From Vicinamibacterales bacterium (lineage in GTDB: Bacteria > Acidobacteriota > Vicinamibacteria > Vicinamibacterales > UBA8438): a DNA stretch of 64,000 nucleotides. The notes below the pieces were generated by a model. That model saw only the letters and a list, made by a program, of their open reading frames with translations, was not told the DNA's origin and did no database searches. The position numbers were made by a program, and so were the translations under genes. The stretch spans positions 12,982 through 76,981 of the forward strand of contig DASCQF010000009.1 in NCBI GenBank assembly GCA_036012905.1, in the 5' to 3' direction. Shown piece by piece: positions 17,564-26,196 of this stretch. Each line of letters begins with the position of its first letter. Position 1 is the stretch's first letter.

Positions 17564-19343
17564 CGAGTCGAGTCCAGGCAATATCCGTGCGCGCGACAGC
17601 CAGTGGCCGCCGTGGTGGCACATCGGACTGACTCCGCAGCACATCTGGGTGCCGTGTAAAAAATTCCACGACGTCATCCATCCGATAGGTGACCGCCCTC
17701 CCTTGTTTTCGCATCGCTGTCAGAAACGTACGAATAACCTGCAGGTCATCCGGTGTATCGAGCGTCAACCGCCAGTCTCGCCGGTGCTGCGGATCGACCG
17801 GCCCGCATGACGCACGAAACTGGTCTCGATGCCGTGCGACGTAGAAGGTCAGATATTCGGTGCCGCTCGTATCAACCGCCGCGTCGGCCAGAAACCGCAG
17901 GAGCGCCACGTCGAACACCTCCACCTCCGTACCGCCCGGAAGCTGCTTCATGTCCGTGTACTCCGCGTTGACGTGCAGATGGTGATCGACGGCGCGGTCG
18001 ACATAGTCGGGATCGATCAGGATATCGTCACCGGTCACCCGAAGGATGACGTCCACTTCACCCGCACCGATCGCGCCGAGCATCCGGGCCAGGACGTCCT
18101 CGGTTTCACCTCGATGGACCTCCACCCCGTTCTTCCGCGCCAGACTCGCCAGCGGATCGTCCGCGTCGTCGTTCGTCGTGCAGAGCACGATGTGGTCGAC
18201 ACGCGTGGCCTGCTTCAAGCGTGCGAAGAGATGGGCCAATGCCGGCGTCCCGTCCACGTCGACGAGTGCTTTGCCGGGCAACCTCGATGATTCCATCCGG
18301 GACACGACGAGCGCCCACACGCGATTTGGAACATCGGCCCGCGTGAGGACGTGCTCGGCCGGTCGGTCATCGAGCAACGGTCGACCGAGCAGTGCCCGAA
18401 GATCCGGCACATCCTTCGGTTCATCGGCCCGTTTCATCACCAGACTCGTTTGCTCGATCACCTCTCCGCGTCGCATCTCACGAGCCGTGACCCAGTGTTT
18501 CTTCACGTCGCGACGATAGCTCGCCTCAGACTGAGCCAACCGATCTGGGTATCGGCCAACGGCCTGCTCGGCTCGGCGGATCGTTCGCACGAACTCGGTG
18601 AACTCGTCGGGATTCAACGACGAGTAGTAGTCGACCCCGCGGACGGCCCGGTCGAGGGTGATGTGCTTCTCGATGACGGTGGCGCCCAGCCCGAGTGCGA
18701 GCACGGGCAGCGTCACCGCGAACGGATCCTCCGCATCGACGTGGTCCATATAGCCCACGTCACAACTGCCTCCGAATATCTCTCGGAGCCGGGTCAGACG
18801 CCCGAGACGCGTGTCCTCAATCGACGTCGGGTAGCTCTGAAACCCATGCATGAGCACCGGACGAGCCCCTCGCTCGGTCAGCAACTCTACGGCCGCCGCG
18901 ATCTCCCGGTATGTGCTGCCACCCACCGCCAACATGACGCGTCGACCGACACCGGCGAGGGCGCGCAGCAGCGGTTCATTGCCGAGGTCCGATGAGTGGA
19001 CCTTGAACCCCTGAACGCCCGCACCCAGGGCCAGCTCGAGCGCTCGCATGCCGAACACATCACAATACACACGAGCTTCGCGATCCTGAAGACGGGCGAT
19101 CAGATCTCGCCAGACCGCCGCAGAGAACGCCTGTTGGTCAAAGTGATCGAACCGCGGGTGCCGTCGAACCAGCAGCTCGTCGGCAAAGTAGATCTGAAAC
19201 TTGATGGCGGTGGCTCCGGTCGTCAGGGCGGCTTCAGCGAGCTGCCTCGCTCCCTTCGGGCTGCCCTGATGAGCGTTGGCCACCTCGGCGATGATGTCCA
19301 CTCCAGGTTCGCCCTCTGGCGGTCTTGGCGGGCTAGCACTCAT
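17550..19343 (-). CDS. fusion protein: NeuB/SpsE-like nonulosonate synthase domain + SAF region + SpsF-like cytidylyltransferase domain
   Basis: The N-terminal half reads IIAEVANAHQGSPKGARQLAEAALTTGATAIKFQIY...GYMDHV, which is NeuB-like. The C-terminal half reads ALVVSRMESSRLPGKALVDV...HRGETEDVLARM...RVTGDDILIDP, which matches the B. subtilis SpsF pattern RMGSTRLPGK/FRGSEENVLDRF/RLTGDNP. I took the start at MSASPP (19343); alternatives exist up to 19442. Confidence 0.8.
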   Translation of the reverse strand: MSASPPRPPEGEPGVDIIAEVANAHQGSPKGARQLAEAALTTGATAIKFQIYFADELLVRRHPRFDHFDQQAFSAAVWRDLIARLQDREARVYCDVFGMRALELALGAGVQGFKVHSSDLGNEPLLRALAGVGRRVMLAVGGSTYREIAAAVELLTERGARPVLMHGFQSYPTSIEDTRLGRLTRLREIFGGSCDVGYMDHVDAEDPFAVTLPVLALGLGATVIEKHITLDRAVRGVDYYSSLNPDEFTEFVRTIRRAEQAVGRYPDRLAQSEASYRRDVKKHWVTAREMRRGEVIEQTSLVMKRADEPKDVPDLRALLGRPLLDDRPAEHVLTRADVPNRVWALVVSRMESSRLPGKALVDVDGTPALAHLFARLKQATRVDHIVLCTTNDDADDPLASLARKNGVEVHRGETEDVLARMLGAIGAGEVDVILRVTGDDILIDPDYVDRAVDHHLHVNAEYTDMKQLPGGTEVEVFDVALLRFLADAAVDTSGTEYLTFYVARHRDQFRASCGPVDPQHRRDWRLTLDTPDDLQVIRTFLTAMRKQGRAVTYRMDDVVEFFTRHPDVLRSQSDVPPRRPLAVARTDIAWTRLDERQ

Positions 19344-20685
19344 CCGTGAGCGGCTCCCATTCATAGGTTTCCTTGAACGGGCACTCCCGACAGATCGGGA
19401 TGTCCTCGAGTCGTTCCTGGACATGAGCCCGCCGAACGTCATTCACGATGCGGCCGTCCCAGATCTCCTTGAGCGTCTGCACGCGCTTGGGGGGATCCAC
19501 ATGGCGGCTCGGCATCTGCGCGTTGGCCAACAGCGTGTACCCCTTGGCTCCATCCTCCACCTTGTCCACGACCGCCTGGTAATCAGCTGGCGCCTCTTCG
19601 TAGGCCCGCGCATCGACATAGCCAATCGGATGCTCGTTGCCCCAGTCGTAGCAACACATACAAACCGTGCCGTCGTACGCCACCATGAGGCGCTGGTAGG
19701 GCTGCTCGCAGGGAAGTCGCCGTACGGCCGCGTACACGTTGTCGTCGATGTCGCGCCACAGGGCGTTCTCATCCGGTGACAGCCCCTTCGCCGACAACCG
19801 CTGGAGCACGAGCGATTTCGTCTTTGGGTCCAAAGCGTTGAGTGCACCGCCACGTTCCGTATACGCCTTGACCGACACGTCGTCCACGCAGCCCGAGAAC
19901 AGCTCGAAGAACGATTCTTGCTCCCGTCGCGTCTGCTCGGTCAGAATCATCTGAATCTTCGTCCGCGGCCATTGCGAGCCCATCTCGTCGCGAATCTGTG
20001 CAAATCGGCGGATGTTCTCGTAGACCTGTTCAAAGCTGTTCTCGACGAAGCGGCCCGGGCGCATCCGCTCGTAGGTGTCCTTCGCGCCGCCGTCGAACGA
20101 ATAGACGAGCAAGTCGAGCCCCGCTTCAATGAGCGCGCGACTTTTCTCGGCCGTCAGTGTCACCGCGTCAGTCGTGATGATCGTCTCCAGGATGCCGCCA
20201 CGTTTCGCATAGTCGACGAATCGCGCCAGCATCGGATGTAACAACGGCTCTCCGCGCCAGAGCAATTTGACCGATGGCACACGCAGCTCCGTGCACTGAT
20301 CGATCAGCCGGTAGAACAGCTCCTCCCGCATCGTCTTGTCGGGCGTCACGATCGACTGCCGATAGCAGAACGGACAGGCCAGATCGCACACGGCGGCAAT
20401 CTCGATGTCGACGCAGAGCGGCGGATGACCGGTGACGCGAACATACCGATCATGGAGCTGGTCGGCGAATGCCTGCTGGGGGTATCCGCGCCAGCCGACC
20501 CGATAGGCCTCGAACCGCTCGACGAACTCGGCCAGCAGCGCGCCACCCGGATCTCCGCCGGCGCGCTCCACGGCATATCGATAGGCTTTGTTGGCGCCCA
20601 TGTGCGTCACGGCATGATGGACGCGTCCGGCTTCAGAATCCGTCCGGCCCTGAATCGCGTATAGCCGTTCAGCTCCCATGGGCAA
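19333..20685 (-). CDS. radical SAM enzyme with SPASM/twitch-like C-terminal Cys cluster
   Basis: The radical-SAM motif is CDLACPFC (CX3CX2C). The C-terminal auxiliary-cluster Cys residues are in PCEQPYQRLMVAYDGTVCMCCYDW and ICRECPF. Confidence 0.85.
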   Translation of the reverse strand: MPMGAERLYAIQGRTDSEAGRVHHAVTHMGANKAYRYAVERAGGDPGGALLAEFVERFEAYRVGWRGYPQQAFADQLHDRYVRVTGHPPLCVDIEIAAVCDLACPFCYRQSIVTPDKTMREELFYRLIDQCTELRVPSVKLLWRGEPLLHPMLARFVDYAKRGGILETIITTDAVTLTAEKSRALIEAGLDLLVYSFDGGAKDTYERMRPGRFVENSFEQVYENIRRFAQIRDEMGSQWPRTKIQMILTEQTRREQESFFELFSGCVDDVSVKAYTERGGALNALDPKTKSLVLQRLSAKGLSPDENALWRDIDDNVYAAVRRLPCEQPYQRLMVAYDGTVCMCCYDWGNEHPIGYVDARAYEEAPADYQAVVDKVEDGAKGYTLLANAQMPSRHVDPPKRVQTLKEIWDGRIVNDVRRAHVQERLEDIPICRECPFKETYEWEPLTDEC

Positions 20686-22066
20686 CCGTGCTCTCTTGCC
20701 GTCGGTGTGTGATCAGGCGTTCCACCATCATGAAATCGTCTTCGTCATCGATCTGCAGGCTCTCTTGTTTCAACATCACGGTGTGACCGATCCGCTCGCC
20801 CAGGAATTCAGGGCCGTCGAGATTCTCCGTCTTCGCCAGGTAGATCGCCCCGTTCTCGACCCACAACGCCTCTCGCTCGAGCCTCAACGCACGACGGTTC
20901 GTGAGCGGACGTAGCCCGTGGCCGACATGTTGATAGTGATTCAGCAGATCCTCGTACACCGAGATGACACTATCGGTCTCGAAGATCAACATGTTGTCCA
21001 TAGCATTCAGAATATGCTCCGCCGTGCGAAGCGGGCTGTTGACGTACAGCAGCATGAAGGCGTCGATTCCGTCTGGCAGCTGATCGTGCTGGAGGGCGAA
21101 CCGCACGGTCGATGCGATCGAGGTGTTGGGTCTCCCGAGGTCTGTCGGGCGCCGCACAGCAAACACGCCGCGACGGGACCTCACGTAGTCCAGGACGGCC
21201 TCGTCCTCGGACACGACCACGACGCCCGCAAACCTCTCGCACGCCAAGGCCACGTCGATCGTGTAGTCGAGGAGCGGCCGGCCGGCTATCGCACGAAGCG
21301 CATACGCCGCTTCGTCGTGCGCCTTGCTCCGAGCGGGCACGATGGCCAGTGTTCGAAGCGTGACATCATTTCGTGCAGTCTGCGCATGGCGGCGATCGAT
21401 TTCCCTGCGTGCCTTGAGCAGCCTGGCCTTGTCGACGGTAAGGCTGTTGCCGTGTTGACGATAATAGAAGAGCGGAACATTGACGTTGTAGACGCCGAAC
21501 TTCTCGATTAGCCGGATCCAGAGATCGTACCCATCCTGGCATCCTATGTCGTCCGAGTATCCCTCGAGCTCCTGGAGACAGCGGCTCCGAACCATCGTAC
21601 CGGCGCCGTGTGCGGCCACGTTATAGAGCGTGATGTCGGTACCAAGCTTGTTGCGACGCTCGAGGCTGAGAATCTCGCCCTTCTCATCGATCAAGAAGTA
21701 GTCGGGGTAGACCAAACCCACTTCGGGATGCGTGTCAAGGATGTTCGCCAGTACGACAACGGCGTTCTCGTCGAGGTAGTCATCGGCATCCAACCGCATG
21801 ATGTACTCGCCATGCGACAGTCGCAATGCGATGTTGGCAGACACGATGAGCCCGTGATTCTCTTGCAGCACCACGCGCACATTCGGCGTGTGCTCGAACT
21901 CCTTGATGATCTCTGGTGATCCATCCGTGGAGCCGTCATCGATGATGATCAGCTCCCAGTCCGTGAACTTCTGGTGCAGCACGCTCAGGATCGCCTGGCG
22001 AATGAACCTGCCGTAGTTGTGGTTGGTGATGTACACCGTCACTTTGACTTTATCCATCGACCACAC
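20669..22066 (-). CDS. fusion protein: GT2 glycosyltransferase + NeuA-like cytidylyltransferase-fold domain
   Basis: The N-terminal GT2 signature is VTVYITNHNYGRFIRQAILSVLHQKFTDWELIIIDDGSTDGS...RLDADD. The C-terminal domain has LAIVPARSK...LLYVNSPLR...ENGAIY...QIDDEDD, arranged as in NeuA. The canonical GLPxKN loop is replaced by AHDEAAYAL. Confidence 0.8.
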   Translation of the reverse strand: MWSMDKVKVTVYITNHNYGRFIRQAILSVLHQKFTDWELIIIDDGSTDGSPEIIKEFEHTPNVRVVLQENHGLIVSANIALRLSHGEYIMRLDADDYLDENAVVVLANILDTHPEVGLVYPDYFLIDEKGEILSLERRNKLGTDITLYNVAAHGAGTMVRSRCLQELEGYSDDIGCQDGYDLWIRLIEKFGVYNVNVPLFYYRQHGNSLTVDKARLLKARREIDRRHAQTARNDVTLRTLAIVPARSKAHDEAAYALRAIAGRPLLDYTIDVALACERFAGVVVVSEDEAVLDYVRSRRGVFAVRRPTDLGRPNTSIASTVRFALQHDQLPDGIDAFMLLYVNSPLRTAEHILNAMDNMLIFETDSVISVYEDLLNHYQHVGHGLRPLTNRRALRLEREALWVENGAIYLAKTENLDGPEFLGERIGHTVMLKQESLQIDDEDDFMMVERLITHRRQESTVAHGS

Positions 22067-22090
22067 TCATCACTCGACATGCCGAGTCGC

Positions 22091-23104
22091 TCATAGCCGC
22101 GCCTTTCGTCCACCGGCGCCAGGGTGGTCCGACTTGCCACCGGAATGGCCAAGCCACACCAGGAGCCGAGCACTACGCTGTCGTCCCACCAGCGTCTGGA
22201 GACTTCGTTTGATCACCTGCCTGCCCGCAGCAAGGCTCCTTCGTTCCACCTGTCGAAGACGCGCGCGGAAGATGGCACGACGGAGCGCCGCACGAGACGC
22301 AGGCTCGGCGAGCGGCTCGGACGCACGCGCGGGATCCACGGGCTTCGCGAGTGCCACGAGCTCCACCCGGTCACTGAGGCCAACGACCGCAAATCCAGAC
22401 CTTGCAAACGTCTGCCGCAGCGTGTCGGGCGTGAACAGGGAGAGATGCGGACTCGACAGCTCTTCAACGGGCTCGGCGAGACGCAACACGTTCGGGGTCG
22501 TGATATACGCCGCTCCGTTCGGTGCGAGCAAGGTCCGAAGCTTGGCCAGGAAGGCGAAGGGGTCATTGGTGTGCTCGAGGACGTCCATCGCGATAGCGAG
22601 ATCAAACCGCCGGCCTTCGAGTTGTGCATCTTCGAAGACCGCCTCGATTACCTCGACTCCGTACTCCTGGCGTGCGTGCGTGGCGTAGGTCGCCGTCGGC
22701 TCCACGCCCAACACGCTCCAACCGTCGCCGGCCAGCATCGACAATAGCAAACCCTCGGCGCAGCCGACCTCGAGCGCGGAGCCGGGTCGCACACGGCTCG
22801 GCAACCTGTCGCGGAGCCACTGATAGTCCCGTTCCGCCTTGAGCGTCTTCCAGTACAGGTACTCCTGACTCGGACCGTCGTCGGCATAGCCCAGCGCCGG
22901 AGACCGATACACACCGCTATAGAGACGCCGTAACTCCTGGGACGAGAGCTGGGGATTGGCGTAGATGTGTCCACATTGACCGCAGAGGACTTTCACCGAG
23001 GTTGACGGAGAGACGTTCAGTGCCTTCAAGTAGCGGTCGTTCGGCACTCGCCACAGCGTCCGCGCCCGACCACTCCCACACGAGACGCAGTTGACGTATT
23101 CCAC
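22091..23104 (-). CDS. class I SAM-dependent methyltransferase with N-terminal Cys4 zinc-ribbon
   Basis: The ribbon is CVSCGS...CGQCGHIYANP and SAM motif I is ALEVGCAEGLLLSML. The architecture is the same as the gene at 285-1190. Confidence 0.85.
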   Translation of the reverse strand: MEYVNCVSCGSGRARTLWRVPNDRYLKALNVSPSTSVKVLCGQCGHIYANPQLSSQELRRLYSGVYRSPALGYADDGPSQEYLYWKTLKAERDYQWLRDRLPSRVRPGSALEVGCAEGLLLSMLAGDGWSVLGVEPTATYATHARQEYGVEVIEAVFEDAQLEGRRFDLAIAMDVLEHTNDPFAFLAKLRTLLAPNGAAYITTPNVLRLAEPVEELSSPHLSLFTPDTLRQTFARSGFAVVGLSDRVELVALAKPVDPARASEPLAEPASRAALRRAIFRARLRQVERRSLAAGRQVIKRSLQTLVGRQRSARLLVWLGHSGGKSDHPGAGGRKARL

Positions 23105-23532
23105 CTCACCAGCTGCGGCGTGCGGTTGGCGGTCTGGGGCAAGGAAGTCGTGTCACGACGGGGCTCCAGCCGACGTCGGATCGTCTCCCAGTCGAAGCCG
23201 GGTCCGGCAGCACACCCGCCCGCACGCCGTGCACGCGCGCTCATCGGACACCACTGTGTGCTGCAGCGGGAGACGGACGCCGCGCCAACACATCCAGCCA
23301 ACGACCTTCGCCGGAGCACCTATAGACCAAAACATTGTCGAGCACGTCCTTCGTCGCCACTGCTCCTGCGCCGACGAACGCAGACGCGCCGAGCGCGTGA
23401 CCGCAACCACGATGGCATGAGCCGTACTGGAGACACCGATCGCCGCCCAGGCGTCAGACCTCCCATGTCTCTTCGATGCTGCAAGATCACGAAGCCACGG
23501 TTCCATGCGCTCGAGCCGACGGCCTCACCTCA

Positions 23533-25110
23533 CTACGACCGGTGCCCCGCCATCGCCAGGGGCTGCCAGGCGGCGGCAGCCACCATCTTCACGACCTCCC
23601 AATCCCTGCGTGTGAGCTCACTCAGCAGAGCCAGCGCCAAACAGTACACGGCCGGGGCCGCGACGCCGCACGCGAGCGCGGCGGGCGTGCCTGCCGGACG
23701 CAGCATATGCGCACTGCCCACGACAAGAACGGCGGCGCCTAGGGCCCGGGCGATCGACGTCATCGGCACGATGCGTCGCATGTGCGCAACGGTCACGAGC
23801 GTGATCACCCGTGTCAGACCGTACGCCAGGAACGTGGCGGCGATGGCGCCCGGCGCGCCGAAGCTCGGAATCAGGGCCAGATCGAAGATCAGCACCGCGC
23901 ACCCGAGCAGGCTGCTCAGGGCGACCGATTCTTTCACGAGGTTGTAAGCGTTCATCGCGAAGATGCCGTAGGCGACCCAACCCGCCCGCAGCACAAAGAC
24001 TGGAAGCAGCATCCGGAAAAGCGGCACCGCATCCGCGTAGTCTGGTCCAAACGCTAGCCCCACGAACGGCTCAACCAGGAAGAACACGGTGACAGCGAGC
24101 AGGGTGGCACCGTGCAGGAACCACCGGAATAGCACCTGGAATCTCACCCTGATGTAGTCCTGATCCATCGTGGATATCTTCGAGACGTATGGGGTCAGCA
24201 CCAGCGTCAGCACGTTGACGACCGTCATCATGGCGCCGATGAACAGGCCTGCAAGGTAGTACGTCGCGACTTCGCCGGGCGAGCGCCACCAGCCGAGCAT
24301 GAGCTTATCCGCCCAACTGAGTGCGTAGAAGCTCTAGGCGACGGCCTTTAGGGGAAGGCCGAACCGCCACACCAGGGCGGCATGCTCGGACACCGTCCGG
24401 AACCGCAGCAAGGCGCCAGCCCGACGCCACATCCAGTGCCGAACGAGGCCCAGCCCAAGGACCGCGCTCCCGAACGCACAGCCGCCAGTAATGATGAGCG
24501 CGGCGGTGACCGTGAGATCGGCGAACGTCACCCACAAGCCGAGCACCAGCAACTGGGACCCTATGAACACGAACCCGATGAGCGCCTCTCGCTTCCAGTC
24601 CTGGAGGCTCTGGTAGAGTTGCGCGACGAAATCCCGAAGGGCAATCCCCACGAAGTACAGCGCACCGATGGCGAGGGGCCAGGCTAGCGCTGGCACTCGA
24701 AAGAATCGATCAGCCAGCAGGTTCGCTGTGCCCAGAATCACGAGCGCGCAGAACGCCGCTCCCGCGAGCTGGATGAGTAGCGCCGCGGCCGCCAAGTCGG
24801 CCGCTGGTCCGGGCGACTCAGCGTCTGGCTTACGGACCGGCAGGTATCGGATGAGAGTACTCTTCGCGCCAAAATCTGAGAGCACGAAAGCCAGCCCGGT
24901 GACGCTGTAGACCAGCACCAGAAGTCCGTAGTCCTCTCGGCCGAGCGCGCGACTCAAGATCACGGACGCCAGAAAGCTCCCGACCAGGGCGACGAGGGTC
25001 GCCCCCAACTTGAGCCTGACGCTCCGGCCCAGCGCGAGCACTTCCGCCGCAGTCCCGGTGGGACCGACTCCGCTCGCGTTGGTCGGCACGGAATCGGCAG
25101 TCTCAGGCAA
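23533..25110 (-). pseudogene. Wzx-like flippase paralog interrupted by a single in-frame TAG (24334-24336)
   Basis: ORFs 24334-25110 and 23533-24300 are in the same frame (I checked the coordinates modulo 3). Read through, the junction is FGLPLKAVA*SFYALSWADKLMLGWW, which aligns with FGLLLSFQGLYRFGVSWFDKILLGRF in the intact paralog at 9766-11283. Confidence 0.7.
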
Positions 25111-25172
25111 CTGACGCTCGCTGCAGTGCCGCTAACAAAGGGGAAAATGGGCGACAGGGACGTGCGCCGCGT

Positions 25173-26183
25173 TCAGAGAGCAGAACGGCGGGACGCAGGG
25201 ATCGTCTGATCGCCGGGCCAACCTCCACCCTCGGCCGGTACGTCGACCAACTCCTCGTGAACTTCGTAGTCCGTCTCCGATTCGAAGGTCATCGGGCACG
25301 TGCACTCCGCGCACATCGAGAGCGCTGTGAAGTCGCGGAGCATGGTATCGCGATACTTCACATACGCGGGACCGTTCCAGATCTCTCGAAACGGCGTCGT
25401 AAACACGTTCCCGAACGGATACCAATTGTTGAAGTCCATGTCGCAGATCGTGACCGAGCCATCGCCATTGATGTTCGTCATCAGGTAGGGCTTGTCGCAG
25501 GTCGTGACGGAGCGCTTCAGCCGTAGGCGACCCGCCTCCATGCGGTAACGCGTCGCGTGCTCGACATCGGCGGGGATGAGGTCGGTGGTGTCTGGTGACC
25601 CGTCGAACTTCTCGCCGATACCGTAGTGCACGTCGAGCGTCTTGAGCCGCACGATATCGACGCCGAGACTGGCTGCGCGTCGCCGGAACGGTTCCGCTTG
25701 ACTTGCTGCATCCCGGTGCAAGAGCAACTGGAGGTGCACCACCGGCTTTCGCCTACCCATCGTGCGGCGCCGCTCGACGAGCCGCTTGATACCCTGATTG
25801 AGCTTGGCGTAGTCGCCGCCGACCCGATAGGTGAGGAACGTATCGGCATCCAGCCCGTCGTAGGCGATGATCGCCACGTCCAGCCCGGAGCTGATCATGA
25901 GCTCGACGTTCATCTCGTTCAGAAAGTGCCCGTTCGTATTGATCGTGATGTCGATCGGACTGTACCGCCGTTTCGCGTACCCGATCATGTCGAACAGCTC
26001 TTTGTTCATCGTCGGCTCGCCGATGCCGACGAGCTGCAGAGTCTTCGTGTACGGTCCAAGCTGGTCGATGACCGTCTTGAAGTCTGCGAACGAGACCACA
26101 GCCGTCTCTCGATCCATGCGTCCCGTGGTCAACGGGCAGAGCGGACACTCGAGGTTGCAACGATTGATCGGCTCGAAGTGCAC
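25173..26183 (-). CDS. radical SAM enzyme with SPASM-like C-terminal Cys cluster
   Basis: The radical-SAM motif CNLECPLC lies only 9 residues from a GTG start. The C-terminal Cys residues are in TCDKPYLMTNINGDGSVTICD and CAECTC. The in-frame upstream extension runs into the IS terminal repeat and stops there. Confidence 0.8.
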   Translation of the reverse strand: MHFEPINRCNLECPLCPLTTGRMDRETAVVSFADFKTVIDQLGPYTKTLQLVGIGEPTMNKELFDMIGYAKRRYSPIDITINTNGHFLNEMNVELMISSGLDVAIIAYDGLDADTFLTYRVGGDYAKLNQGIKRLVERRRTMGRRKPVVHLQLLLHRDAASQAEPFRRRAASLGVDIVRLKTLDVHYGIGEKFDGSPDTTDLIPADVEHATRYRMEAGRLRLKRSVTTCDKPYLMTNINGDGSVTICDMDFNNWYPFGNVFTTPFREIWNGPAYVKYRDTMLRDFTALSMCAECTCPMTFESETDYEVHEELVDVPAEGGGWPGDQTIPASRRSAL

Positions 26184-26196
26184 GAAGCTCGGATCA

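Noticed and set aside
24334-24336. The in-frame TAG in the flippase could be evidence of stop-codon reassignment or pyrrolysine.
   Set aside because: TAG terminates several well-supported genes in the same cluster, with stops at 4487, 14344, 15531 and 19333. No pyl genes were seen. A nonsense mutation or sequencing error is far more likely.
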